Source: a virus
Taxonomy: Duplodnaviria; Caudoviricetes
Strand: one strand, 5' to 3'
DNA length: 64,000 nucleotides
Virus record (IMG/VR): IMGVR_UViG_3300031994_000039
Coordinates: 1-64,000 of that record
The notes beneath the pieces were generated by a model that ran no database searches, was not told where the DNA came from, and saw nothing but the letters and a program-made list of their open reading frames with translations. The first letter of the stretch is position 1; the number at the start of each line of letters is the position of its first letter. Below are positions 31,300-41,710 of the stretch, piece after piece. A program made the position numbers and the translations under genes.

Positions 31300-32640
31300 T
31301 TAATATGGTGATGTTTGTACATGAGCTTCAGCTTCTTCCAGAGAGATTGTATTACCATTGAACTGAATATCAATGTATTCTCCCGAAGTATGCTGTGCTC
31401 CGTTTCTGTTAAACTGGACAATAAGTTTCTTATTTCCGCAGTTCACGCCATCCGCCGCAAGTTCATCGTTAGTTTTATCTAACAGAAGAATTACAGTTGA
31501 TGCGTTTCTTGCGATCTTTGCACTGTCAGCAAGTTTCCCGCCGTCAGTGAGCTGAGCCGCAGCTAATGCCGCAATATCCATCGCCCCTGCAATGTTATTC
31601 TTGATAAGGTCAGTCAGTTTTCCGAGTTCTGCATATGTTGCAAATGCATCTGTATCACCAGTTGCCTTGAGATAGTCAACAATAAGAACGTCAAGTCTGC
31701 CGAACTTATGAGAAACCTTCTTAACAGCTCTGTAGATTGCATTGGTTTCAAAAATAGGCATATAAAGATGTACAAGCTTCTTGGACTTGATCCACAGAAT
31801 AGCTTCCTTGATCTTTTCTCTTTCCTCTTCTGTGTATCTGCCGGTACGAACTCTCACAAATTCGATTCCGGTCAAATGTGAAACCATTCTACACATAAAC
31901 AGTCTGTCAGAAAGTTCGCTGTCAATATACATTACAGTCTTGTCTTTCCTCATAAGGTCAACTGCCTCATTTAGCATGAACATAGACTTGGCTCCTTTCT
32001 TTGGAGCACCGAGAACCACAAGTTCCTGCTTCTCAAGAGTAACATAAGCGTTGAGCGAATCAAATTTGAACGGAATTCCCGACTCATTACCATCCTGATG
32101 ACTCTCGATTTCCGCCCAGATATCATCAGCTACATCGCTGAACTCCGGGATCTCGTCTGACGATGTAAAACTAATCATTACATCGTCAAGTCGTGTATAA
32201 ATTTCCTGAGCAAGGTCTTCCTTGGTTCTGTCGCAGCAATCCGCCTGACATTCTCCCAGAGCAACAAATACGTTTCTTCTGAAAGCTGCATCGACTATGT
32301 TCGACGCAAGCATTTCATATTCTTTCTCGCTGGATCTGCAAAGAATATCACTGAGCGCGATAAACTCCTGCAGACCTTCGACCGTAAGTTCGTCAGCATA
32401 CCGCTTCGTAGTTTCCTTTGAGCTAAGACCCTCAAGAATATTAAAGGCATCTATCTGTTTGATACCCTTATCGACAAGATTCTGGATACCGAGATAGATG
32501 CAGCGGTTCTGTTTGTTTGTAAAATGATTTGGTAGTAAATTTTCAGCCTGGTAAACCCAGTCCGGATGGTGTATCAGTGTTGCAATAACACCTGATTCAG
32601 CTTCAAGACTGTTAATATCATCCGCTCTCATACTCCTCAC
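31300..32640 (-). CDS. dnaB: Replicative helicase
   Basis: AESGVIA N-domain; Walker A-like GAPKKGAKS; LIVDYL; AQL; ADSAKI; NRNG. Confidence 0.9.
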   Translation of the reverse strand: MRSMRADDINSLEAESGVIATLIHHPDWVYQAENLLPNHFTNKQNRCIYLGIQNLVDKGIKQIDAFNILEGLSSKETTKRYADELTVEGLQEFIALSDILCRSSEKEYEMLASNIVDAAFRRNVFVALGECQADCCDRTKEDLAQEIYTRLDDVMISFTSSDEIPEFSDVADDIWAEIESHQDGNESGIPFKFDSLNAYVTLEKQELVVLGAPKKGAKSMFMLNEAVDLMRKDKTVMYIDSELSDRLFMCRMVSHLTGIEFVRVRTGRYTEEEREKIKEAILWIKSKKLVHLYMPIFETNAIYRAVKKVSHKFGRLDVLIVDYLKATGDTDAFATYAELGKLTDLIKNNIAGAMDIAALAAAQLTDGGKLADSAKIARNASTVILLLDKTNDELAADGVNCGNKKLIVQFNRNGAQHTSGEYIDIQFNGNTISLEEAEAHVQTSPY

Positions 32641-33410
32641 CCCTTAATGTTATAATAACAACATTCGTCATGTACTCCGCAAAGATATCTGCACTTAAAA
32701 TAATCAATTGCCGGATAAAAATCTTCTGCATCCCTGATCTTTCCGATAGTATCTATCACCCATCTTAATGCTTTATTATAAGCATCTTCGTTGAATTCCT
32801 CCTGAATAAAAACTCCGTTCTTAAAACAGTTGAAACAAAGATACTTCGGAAATTTCCCGTATTCATCATAAACCGCAGCCGAATAAACATAGAGCTGCTT
32901 CAACATATCATCGAGTTCCTTGTCCTTGACGAGATTATTTTTCTTACTACGAGGTTTTAGCTCTCTGGACTTATTATCCAGAACATAAATCTCCCCGTCC
33001 TTCTCGTACAGCAAATCAATAAACCCGATCATATCATACCCGCCGATATTGAACTCAACTTTCTTTTCAACTCCGAGAATTTTCCCGTCAACCGGCTCGA
33101 AGTTGTTAAAGTAATTGATTCCCTTCTCGACGTAGTTCGCTGCGATCTTATCTGATGGATACGGCTGAGCGACCGCACTGAATTCCCTAAGAAATGTTGC
33201 TGTAAGTTCGTCCCTCTGGAGTTTCCCTGTATAAAAACGTTCGAGGATAGAGTGAACTAACTTGCCATAGCTGGCATAAAATAATTCCTTATCCTCGCTC
33301 TCGTCTATATACTTGAGAAACCACTGATATCTGCAGTCGTTAAAACATGAAATCCTTGAATATGAGAATCTCATGTTATTAACTATTGCTTTATAGATTT
33401 GTTGTTCCAT
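32637..33410 (-). CDS. PD-(D/E)XK exonuclease (RecB/Cas4-like)
   Basis: FSYSRI..F..C, GFIDLL, DNKS, QLYVY; C-terminal C..LC.....C. Confidence 0.85.
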   Translation of the reverse strand: MEQQIYKAIVNNMRFSYSRISCFNDCRYQWFLKYIDESEDKELFYASYGKLVHSILERFYTGKLQRDELTATFLREFSAVAQPYPSDKIAANYVEKGINYFNNFEPVDGKILGVEKKVEFNIGGYDMIGFIDLLYEKDGEIYVLDNKSRELKPRSKKNNLVKDKELDDMLKQLYVYSAAVYDEYGKFPKYLCFNCFKNGVFIQEEFNEDAYNKALRWVIDTIGKIRDAEDFYPAIDYFKCRYLCGVHDECCYYNIKG

Positions 33411-33525
33411 TTCTGACCCTCTCTTTCAATTGCTACTATCATTATATAAGCAACTACCTCACATATAAAATATGTGATAGCTGTTCCAGATATAACAATA
33501 GCTGCAACCAATAATCCCGTGGTCA

Positions 33526-33918
33526 TCAGAATGGAACAGCGCCGCCGCTGAGAATTCCTTCCGGATCATCCTGCTCTGCGGCCTTTTCAACCGCAGATTC
33601 TACTGCCGCTTCTGCTGAATTTCCTGAACCAGCCATTTCAAAGCCGAAGCAAGCATAGTTTGTATAAGTAATCTTCTTGTCCTTGTCGTACTTTGTAGTA
33701 ACGTCGATATCGCCGAGCTTAACTCTGTCCTTTGCGTTGAGGTGAGCTGCGAGTTCTGCGTTCTTTGCTCCTACGAAAGCGACAAATCCGCTGAAGTCTG
33801 TTTCCCAGTTTCCTGTCTGCTTATCCTTTCTGGATGTTGAAATTCTGACCTTAGTCATTGTCTGTGATGTTGGGTTTACTTCCCAAATTGTTGCGTAAGC
33901 ACCATTTCTGAATCCCAT
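33526..33918 (-). CDS. ssb: Single-stranded DNA-binding protein
   Basis: OB-fold-like body; acidic tail ending VPF; replication context. Confidence 0.75.
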   Translation of the reverse strand: MGFRNGAYATIWEVNPTSQTMTKVRISTSRKDKQTGNWETDFSGFVAFVGAKNAELAAHLNAKDRVKLGDIDVTTKYDKDKKITYTNYACFGFEMAGSGNSAEAAVESAVEKAAEQDDPEGILSGGAVPF

Positions 33919-33940
33919 AAATAAATCCTCCTGTTAATAA

Positions 33941-34645
33941 TTACTTAGTCTTTGCTGTATATTTTTTCTTAAGGTCTTCGAGAAGCTGAGTAGCTGTTTC
34001 GAGATCCTTAATTGCATTATAATTAGCATTCTTGACATACTTAGAAATGAACTCAATCATTTCTTCTCTCTTGTCAGCGTGCTCAGCGAGATATCCCTTA
34101 ACAAACTTGTCGATTTCTCCGATAACGCCGACAACAACTGCCTTGTTTACAGATTCCTCAGCTTCCTTCTGCTTGCTTCTGTAAGCGTCAACGTCATTAT
34201 CTGACTGAGCGATCTGGAAAAATGATGTGAGGAATGTTCTCATGTTGTAAGTCATCGCAGCTCCCATTGCCTGTGAAGGATCTGACATAGAACCTGTTGT
34301 AAACCACGGAACCTCGATAAAATCTGTAGCGTCGTCGTCATTTACCCAACGGTAAATCATTTCTGCCGAGAAAATCATTTCAGTTGTCTTGCTGTCAAAA
34401 GCCTCACCGGTCTTAGAAACCTTAGTGTTGCTAATAACATTCTGACTGATGCTTGCAGTTCCCGGAACAATACTTGGAATAAGTGAAACGCCGTACTTCT
34501 TCATTCCGGCTGTGACATTCGCAAGAATAACTGTAACATCAGCGTAGGTATAGTTATAACCCTTCTTGTTTTTCTTAACAACATCGCTGATGTCTCTGAT
34601 CTTTGCGAGCTTCTGAACGAGGTTCATTTTCTTTTCTTCTGCCAT
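33941..34645 (-). CDS. ERF-family single-strand annealing protein
   Basis: KKGYNYTYA and QAMGAAMTYNMR motifs. Confidence 0.8.
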   Translation of the reverse strand: MAEEKKMNLVQKLAKIRDISDVVKKNKKGYNYTYADVTVILANVTAGMKKYGVSLIPSIVPGTASISQNVISNTKVSKTGEAFDSKTTEMIFSAEMIYRWVNDDDATDFIEVPWFTTGSMSDPSQAMGAAMTYNMRTFLTSFFQIAQSDNDVDAYRSKQKEAEESVNKAVVVGVIGEIDKFVKGYLAEHADKREEMIEFISKYVKNANYNAIKDLETATQLLEDLKKKYTAKTK

Positions 34646-34744
34646 AATAAATTACCTTACCTTTCTTGTTTAGGGATAAATCCCCAGTTAGTTAATATAT
34701 AAAAAGAGCCTTAATCAAAAAGACTAAGACTCTCTTTTTCTTAT

Positions 34745-35692
34745 TTAGTTGTAAAATACTTCAACCCAGCGGTCGTATTCTGCTTTATATTTTCTGGAGC
34801 GATCTATAATCTGTCTCTCCATTGTTCTGTAGGTTGTTGAATATTCTTTGCCTTCCATATCCTTTCGGGCAACATTAATAAAATCAACATCAATTCCTCT
34901 TAAACTATCCTGGTATGCACGGTAAAACAAACCAGACTCAATCACTGTTTCAATTTTTATTCTGGGAATAGATATTCCTAATCTATCCTGCATTGTCAGC
35001 CTTCGATTTATCATCGTCGATAATGTCTTTGGAGTAAGTATTCCTGTAGAACATCGTAGTAGTGTATCCTCTTGAATAAATCTTTTATCTTTCCCGTTGT
35101 AAAATGAATGCATCATAGCGAATTCCTCAAGCCCAATGCATAATTCCATTGCGTCTAATGACTGATCGTAAAGAGTATATGTATCTTCTCCTACAGTAAC
35201 CGTCTTATTTTTTAAATCAATTCCCGAAACTTTAACATTCTCAAAATCATTTCTGCTAAGCCCGGCGTAACATAGCCATAGTGCTGAGCGATATACAACA
35301 TCTACCGTTTTTGCAAGAACTGGCCTGAATAAGGCATTGAGAACCGCCTCAAGGTGCTCCGGACTCTTTACCATTCTCTCACGAATCTTAGCTGTTGGAT
35401 CACCTTTTGTTTCGAGTATATTTAAATTAACACCTTTAACCCCGGATTCAGCACGCCACTTAACATAGTTCTGTAACGCCTGAATTCTTGGTCCTTTATT
35501 TGTAGTTCCTCCACCCATGACCGACATGTCTGCAAGTATTGCTTTAATTTCCGTATCATCAAAGAAGCAAACATCCTTGTTAAGCTCTTCCTCGAAAGGT
35601 TCGGTAGTTTTGAATACGCTAGTAGCCATTTTAACGGCACTCACCTTACTCAAAGATCCCAAATATCGTTGCTTAACTTCTTCGTTATACAT
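34745..35692 (-). CDS. MrpR/YopR-like repressor (degenerate tyrosine-recombinase fold)
   Basis: MYNEEVKQRYL...FEEELNKDV start; SAM-like domain; LCYAGL...VKVSGIDL; IESG in place of HxxR. Confidence 0.6.
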   Translation of the reverse strand: MYNEEVKQRYLGSLSKVSAVKMATSVFKTTEPFEEELNKDVCFFDDTEIKAILADMSVMGGGTTNKGPRIQALQNYVKWRAESGVKGVNLNILETKGDPTAKIRERMVKSPEHLEAVLNALFRPVLAKTVDVVYRSALWLCYAGLSRNDFENVKVSGIDLKNKTVTVGEDTYTLYDQSLDAMELCIGLEEFAMMHSFYNGKDKRFIQEDTLLRCSTGILTPKTLSTMINRRLTMQDRLGISIPRIKIETVIESGLFYRAYQDSLRGIDVDFINVARKDMEGKEYSTTYRTMERQIIDRSRKYKAEYDRWVEVFYN

Positions 35693-35745
35693 TAAAAACA
35701 CCTCATATTCACTTACTAAAACATCACGATCTGTTCTGCGTTTTT

Positions 35746-35775
35746 ATTATAACATTAAAAACATACTACTGTCAA
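35746..35775 (-). promoter_or_regulatory. Sigma-A promoter
   Basis: TTGACA-18 nt-TATAAT with a TG extension, upstream of the MrpR-like gene. Confidence 0.7.
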
Positions 35776-37878
35776 CTTTCAGCCTTTGTCTGACCGGAGC
35801 AGTATAGATGTATGTCTAAGGAGTACCACTGTGACGAACCTTTAAATCCACAGATTACTGTGAACTTCCTGCTACCATCATTCGTCGTGCCGCAATCTAC
35901 TATCTTACTTATGCCTTCAAGACATAAAAAATCTACCGCATTAGTCCTAAGCGTTATGCTTCCCAATGTGGTAGAAACCATAATAGTTTTAAATTGTAAC
36001 ATAAACCGCGCGGTACTTCCCATCAGATCGGATGGCCCTCGTGACATTACCGAAATTCCTGTTATTCTTTCTTCGTTCTCTTTAATAAAAGAACCTATTC
36101 TTTCTATACCCTTTTTAACCTCCGAAGATTTAAACATTTTCATCTTACCCCTTCTTATTTATTTTTTCTTACCTGTTTCAAAGGTTTACCTCCTGGCGAT
36201 ATACAAATACGGCCTCTTTGACGGATGCCAATAATACAAGCCTCCAATCGTTTTCATATTATCGTCCTGTACCCTAACACCGGTTATTGTCCCGTCGCGA
36301 AACTCGCCTATATCAGCATGTGCGCCGTCAATAAATCTCATTGGTTCTGAGATTCCATGATCGCGCAATTCCTTGTCAAGCCATATCATTATATCACGAT
36401 GAACTAACCACTTATTAACCTCTGCTCTATTCCAGACACCAGGACTTTTTATTCCGAATATAGCATCGTCGTGAGGTAATTTTCCCTGCTTACCGAGCTG
36501 AATCCTTTTTACCATTCCTGGATAAACTCTATTCAGGAAATTTATTATATCATCTTCACGGAAGTGGTATTCCTTGAGAACCTGACGTAGTTCATTCTGA
36601 TGTGGAATAGATTTGATAACATCTTCTACTTCGGTGTATGAAGTCTGCTTCGCTATCTCGTCTTCGTCAAACTGATCTGTTACGGTTCTCATCCATTCAG
36701 ACATACTGATCGTATCCCTGAGATATTCCTCTTGAAATTTCTTCTCTCTTGCTGCCGACACAGCATTCCGATATGAAGAAACTGCTATAATAATAATTAA
36801 TCCGATTGTGCCTATAATAAAGTTCATTAAGCTGTCGCCTCCGATATAGATTCCATCGCAGAATCAATATAGTCTATGGCATCTTCAAGGTTGCTGATTG
36901 CTTCCTCCATTTTTTCACCTCGCTCACCTTCCTGGAACTGTTCCGGAAGATTATCGAAGCTATACTGTTCGTCATCTACTACGTCCTGTAAGGACATTTT
37001 AAGTTCGTCAAGTTTTGATCTTACTGTGTCGAGTTTCTTACGTCTGCTATCATTCATGGCTACTTACCTCCTACAATTAAAATGCAATTCCATGCAAATC
37101 ATATTCTTTTTCTCGCCATCATCAGATGTTATCTCGCCTGAATAGATAGAAAAACTATCGCCGCATTCAATTAAATCCAGAAGATGCCTACCTTCATCTT
37201 GCATATCAGCCACGCATATATACATGCCAAGTCTGATCGTAAAATATACGTCATCTTCAGAAGTTTCAAAACTAAACTCAAATTTTTCAACATCATAAAG
37301 TCCAGAATCCATCAAGCCTTTATTAGCCACATCAAGCATAACATTAGTGGCATTATTGACTTTCTCTGCCAGTCCCTCTGTGTCTGGAATATTATAACCA
37401 CAAGACCCCTGTTTAATATATTCATTCATTTTATCTTTAATATCCTGAAACATCATAATAACTTACCTCCGACCTTAATTATTACATCGAATGAAAAACT
37501 AATTTTAAGATAGCCATTGTCAGTTATTACTATCTCAAAAAACTTACACCCATCACAAACTTTTCTCAACTTTCTTACATCATCAAGATCCATTTGTAAT
37601 AAAACAACTTCAACTACAGCATCTCTACTGTCATTGATGTTAATATCAAACTTAAATTCCGTAGTACATTCTTTTATAAGAGACTTTATCTGTCCGGCTT
37701 TATCAAGAAACCATTTAAGTTTAGACGGGTCGATAGCTCTCTCTTTAGGACCATTAAGCTTTTCCATAAATTCTTTCTTTTCTTCTTCGGAAAGTGAACT
37801 ATACTGTTCGCATAAAGTTCCTAAGTAACTATCTTTATCCGGATCAAAACAACTATTATCTTTTCTATCAAATGTCAT
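35772..37878 (-). other. Five hypothetical CDSs (35772-36143, 36186-36827, 36827-37057, 37064-37456, 37453-37878)
   Basis: Packed minus-strand ORFs with RBSs. Confidence 0.6.
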
Positions 37879-38131
37879 ATAACATCCTCCTACTTACCTA
37901 ACAAACTTAAAATATTCTTACGATTTAATTATAACATATATTTAATATTTTTATCAACCTCATCTACTAGTAACCTTTACCTCCATTCAATGCTATAACC
38001 CAGATAAACCAACAAAACGCAACAAGCGCTATGAATGAAATCACCGTTTCAATTATATCGAGCAGCAAACTCTGTGGTTCATCCTTCTTATCTTCCTCAA
38101 GCAATTTCATTATCAACCATAACCTCATTAT

Positions 38132-38338
38132 TCATTCCTCCCGTAGAAATTCCTCGAAGTTTTGACACAAAGGATTCTTCTCGCCAACCTTACATCCACA
38201 ATCCGGACAAGCATCAGGCATTTCGATGTCTTCGAACTTACGAAATCCTCCGCCAAATACAAATATTTGTGTGCCACATTCAGAACAGATAACATACCTG
38301 TCTTTCTCTGAAGTAACACCGCCATTAATCCATTCCAT
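38132..38338 (-). CDS. Zinc-ribbon protein
   Basis: CSECG...CPDCG; ends NFEEFLREE. Confidence 0.65.
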   Translation of the reverse strand: MEWINGGVTSEKDRYVICSECGTQIFVFGGGFRKFEDIEMPDACPDCGCKVGEKNPLCQNFEEFLREE

Positions 38339-38339
38339 C

Positions 38340-38849
38340 TTACTTACCTCCTAGAAAACTTACAAATTCCTCATGAACTACTGGTGTATTTTCTGCTATA
38401 TTTTCTACCGCACATCTTACTTTCGATATACCACTAGGGCTATATAAATGTTCGCACACTGAGATCATCTCATTCCACTCTTTAATAGCAGCATCCCTGT
38501 TTGGGTTTGGAGCGCAATGCTTTGCAAATCCGCAATTTAAATTACTGCACATGAAAAAGTGTCCATGCAACTTACTCGGGTTGATTGTCGCTGTTGGTTC
38601 GGCTCCGCACACTGGACATGGTACTAATTTATTAGCTGTTTCACACATCGCATTCCATTCGGCTACCGCATCAGCCGGATCAACAGCAAAAGAATGTAAT
38701 TTAGAAGAGCATGACGGATTGCCACACATCACTAAACAACCATCTTTTGCAGGTTTCCTAAGCCAGTCCCATATAAGGTTGTCTCTCTTAGGTCTCATTA
38801 ATACTGACTCTTCTCCGCAAACCGGACATGGTTTCATTTCTTCTGCCAT
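38340..38849 (-). CDS. Lar-family zinc-ribbon protein (2 repeats)
   Basis: KPCPVCG...C...C...AVAEWN twice; ends HEEFVSFLGGK. Confidence 0.75.
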   Translation of the reverse strand: MAEEMKPCPVCGEESVLMRPKRDNLIWDWLRKPAKDGCLVMCGNPSCSSKLHSFAVDPADAVAEWNAMCETANKLVPCPVCGAEPTATINPSKLHGHFFMCSNLNCGFAKHCAPNPNRDAAIKEWNEMISVCEHLYSPSGISKVRCAVENIAENTPVVHEEFVSFLGGK

Positions 38850-38850
38850 A

Positions 38851-39126
38851 TTACTCACCTCCGCCGTCATCATAATCCTCCACAAGAGCACAGTTGACTG
38901 GGATCACATCAAGGTCATCACTGATTTCCCAGAGCCCACCAGTGTCCATTCTTATAGCGTTAGCAATAACTTCTTTTCCGGTAGTGTTTCGGAGATAACA
39001 TTCCGAAATAGCCATGAAAATTATTTGCGAACCATACTTAGCCACCTTAAAAAGTTCACCGCTATAAAGGTCTGACCTTCTGCGTTTTAAAACCGTATCT
39101 TTGGTCATTACTTTTAACTTACCCAT
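38851..39126 (-). CDS. Hypothetical protein (paralogue of 50794-51033)
   Basis: Shared GE.FKV and G.LW.....V.PV.-A-VE motifs. Confidence 0.55.
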   Translation of the reverse strand: MGKLKVMTKDTVLKRRRSDLYSGELFKVAKYGSQIIFMAISECYLRNTTGKEVIANAIRMDTGGLWEISDDLDVIPVNCALVEDYDDGGGE

Positions 39127-39127
39127 A

Positions 39128-39475
39128 TTAATTACTCCTTAAAAATTCCATGAAACTGTCGTGTAAATTTTCTTCTTGTTGATTCGCTAATTCTATTTCA
39201 GACTTAACAAACGAGTTAAAATTGATCATCGACTTATAATAGTCTTCCGCAAGATTATTCCACATCCTAATGCAATCTGAAAATTCACTAGAAAAAGGTG
39301 TTGTTAACGGAAGACAATCACCAGAATTCCCTGCGTGACAACAACCTACTGAATAAAGATCATGGCTGAGAAAATTCTCCCCGCAACTTATACCAGGACT
39401 CATACCACATATCGGACATGGTAGCAACTCATTACCGATCAATCTCTTAACTGCGTCACTCCAGCTATTATCCAT
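39128..39475 (-). CDS. Lar-family zinc-ribbon protein
   Basis: LPCPICG...CIRMWN; ends HDSFMEFL. Confidence 0.75.
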   Translation of the reverse strand: MDNSWSDAVKRLIGNELLPCPICGMSPGISCGENFLSHDLYSVGCCHAGNSGDCLPLTTPFSSEFSDCIRMWNNLAEDYYKSMINFNSFVKSEIELANQQEENLHDSFMEFLRSN

Positions 39476-39872
39476 TATTACCCTCCTCTAGGAAGTTTAA
39501 AAAATCTTTATGACTTACATCTTCAAAGGACTGAACGTCTTTATTGTGGCTAGATTTTATTTTCCCTTGCTCACTCATTACTATCTCCACTCTTCTGTTC
39601 CAGCCCAGTACAGCAGTATGGAGCCAGTCATGCGGTGCTGTACGCAATTCCGGCTTACATTTATCCTGGTGTTGGACGCATAGTAATCTAAACGCTATTT
39701 TATTCGCTTTATTTTCATAACATATTGCCAAAGGAGTTTTTTCACAAAATGGGCACGGCTTTATATTGAAGCTCATTAATTGTTGTTCGTCTAATATTTC
39801 TATATATGCATTTCCCTCTATAGGCATATCATTAAGTCCATCATATATCGAATGCCATCCCATCTTACTCAC
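39468..39872 (-). CDS. Lar-family zinc-ribbon protein
   Basis: KPCPFC...AVLGWNRR; ends HKDFLNFL. Confidence 0.75.
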   Translation of the reverse strand: MSKMGWHSIYDGLNDMPIEGNAYIEILDEQQLMSFNIKPCPFCEKTPLAICYENKANKIAFRLLCVQHQDKCKPELRTAPHDWLHTAVLGWNRRVEIVMSEQGKIKSSHNKDVQSFEDVSHKDFLNFLEEGNNG

Positions 39873-40215
39873 CTCCTAAGAAACTTACGAAATCATCGTA
39901 CTTAACATCATCAAACTGAATAAGCCCCTTGCGTTTTGCTATACGATTTTTAACGAAATCCACTCTATTATTCCAGAAAATGATAGCACCATCTAAAGTT
40001 ATTTTGGGTGGAGTGCATAACGTGGGACTAAACCCAGATTGACATGTTGGACATTTTAATATGTAGTAGGGATCGTCACTATCGTAATATGTTCCCACCG
40101 GGAGATGATTACATCCCGGACATAGTTTCACATCCGGACATAGCTTCGCATCCAAATACTTTGTCAAATCCACAGATATCATAGCTTCAACATCCTGATC
40201 CATCTTACTCACCAC
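39865..40215 (-). CDS. Lar-family zinc-ribbon protein
   Basis: KLCPGC...CPTC...AIIFWNNR; ends YDDFVSFL. Confidence 0.75.
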   Translation of the reverse strand: MVSKMDQDVEAMISVDLTKYLDAKLCPDVKLCPGCNHLPVGTYYDSDDPYYILKCPTCQSGFSPTLCTPPKITLDGAIIFWNNRVDFVKNRIAKRKGLIQFDDVKYDDFVSFLGGE

Positions 40216-40513
40216 CTAGGAACTCAACAAACTTTTCATGAGAAACCATTTGCTCTGTACGAGTGGGGCGTTTTTGATTGGAGAAGATATCATACTCGCC
40301 ATCATTCCACGCCTTCTGGCATTTCCAAACCCTATCGAATGTTTTAGTTATACAAGATCGTATATTTGAGCGCGAACTGTGAGTACATACAAATCTGTAG
40401 CATGTTTTAGAATTAGGGTTAGAAAGAATCCCGGCGTTGTATGAAATTAACTTTGGTCTTCGTCCGCATACCGGACAAGGGTTTAATACAAGGTCTACCT
40501 CTGTTATCGGCAT
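40205..40513 (-). CDS. Lar-family zinc-ribbon protein
   Basis: NPCPVCG...KAWN; ends HEKFVEFL. Confidence 0.75.
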   Translation of the reverse strand: MPITEVDLVLNPCPVCGRRPKLISYNAGILSNPNSKTCYRFVCTHSSRSNIRSCITKTFDRVWKCQKAWNDGEYDIFSNQKRPTRTEQMVSHEKFVEFLGGE

Positions 40514-40515
40514 CG

Positions 40516-40845
40516 CTAACCGCCTCCCAGGAATTCTACAAACTTATCATGGTTATGAAAAGTCATTTTCATACGCATTTTTGACCTTATATATTCATCG
40601 AACGTGTCGAGTATATCATCATAATCCATACCTCTAAGCACACGTGATTTTAAATTCCACGCAAGCATCGCCTCGGTAAGATCAGTGCAAGGGTCGGTTA
40701 TTACTGTCTCATATGGTATATCTTTAAACAGGTGCGAACAATGCAATCTATATCTTTTTTCTACACCATTTTTAGTACCATATTTGTAACTGTGCCTCTT
40801 AGGTTGATCGCCACAGTATGGACAAGGTTCAAGTGTTAAATTCAT
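40516..40845 (-). CDS. Lar-family zinc-ribbon protein
   Basis: EPCPYCG...AMLAWN; ends HDKFVEFL. Confidence 0.75.
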   Translation of the reverse strand: MNLTLEPCPYCGDQPKRHSYKYGTKNGVEKRYRLHCSHLFKDIPYETVITDPCTDLTEAMLAWNLKSRVLRGMDYDDILDTFDEYIRSKMRMKMTFHNHDKFVEFLGGG

Positions 40846-40846
40846 C

Positions 40847-41146
40847 TTACATTCCTTTCTCGAATTCCTCGATGCAGTTATTGATAAACCCTGCTAGATC
40901 CTCGGCGTCTTTTTCCGATAACCGATCAGCTATCTTGGATAACATACCGAGCATATGCCGCATCTTTCGATTACAGTCAGCTACTTCGTTTCTTAACCCC
41001 TGCCCTAGTAATTCTATATCTGAAGCCGATTCTGCTCGTAATACTGCAGCGTTAGCATTAGAACAGCTTAAGCTAGACCAATCCACACGGTGTGACACAT
41101 CAGCCCAATCCATATGAATTGCTGTTGTTTCTTCCGGGCCCATCAA
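40847..41146 (-). CDS. Hypothetical protein
   Basis: AAGGAG RBS; lies within the array. Confidence 0.55.
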   Translation of the reverse strand: MMGPEETTAIHMDWADVSHRVDWSSLSCSNANAAVLRAESASDIELLGQGLRNEVADCNRKMRHMLGMLSKIADRLSEKDAEDLAGFINNCIEEFEKGM

Positions 41147-41147
41147 A

Positions 41148-41702
41148 TCACTCCTTTAAAAAATCTGTAAGCTCATTATGAACTTTCTCTTCTTCTTTGT
41201 TGCATACTGAAATCCATTCATTAAATGCCTCATAAGGGTCTTCGTGCCACTCAGTTCTGAACAGTTCGTTGTTGGCTTGTTGATGCTTGTTACAATGCAG
41301 CGCAAAACGGTGTTCGCCAGCCACCGTCTTTCCCGTTCTGAATATTGGTTTGTTTCCGCAGATCGGACAAGTTCTAGCCCTATCCGGATCATCAATAATT
41401 GAAGCGCCTGTGATATGGACCACCTCATTCTCGCCTTCTGCGGACATGCTTTCTTCGTGAGATTTAATGCCTAGACGATTCATAACTATTCCATCCCATT
41501 CTATTTCAGCCTTTTCAAGACTTGAATACCAAAGGGTACGAATGTCTTGATGTTGTCCACAATATAACCTATAACTATTATGTTCGTCCTGCACCAAATA
41601 AGGTGCTTTACCGCAGAGCGGACAACCACTAATCTCTCTTTCATTAGTCGTCGCAACAAAATCTCCGCTCTCATTAAGGAACCCTGCTGTCATAATACTC
41701 AC
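41148..41702 (-). CDS. Lar-family zinc-ribbon protein (2 repeats)
   Basis: CPLCG...AEIEW and CPICG...AFNEW; ends HNELTDFL. Confidence 0.75.
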   Translation of the reverse strand: MSIMTAGFLNESGDFVATTNEREISGCPLCGKAPYLVQDEHNSYRLYCGQHQDIRTLWYSSLEKAEIEWDGIVMNRLGIKSHEESMSAEGENEVVHITGASIIDDPDRARTCPICGNKPIFRTGKTVAGEHRFALHCNKHQQANNELFRTEWHEDPYEAFNEWISVCNKEEEKVHNELTDFLKE

Positions 41703-41710
41703 TCCTTACC

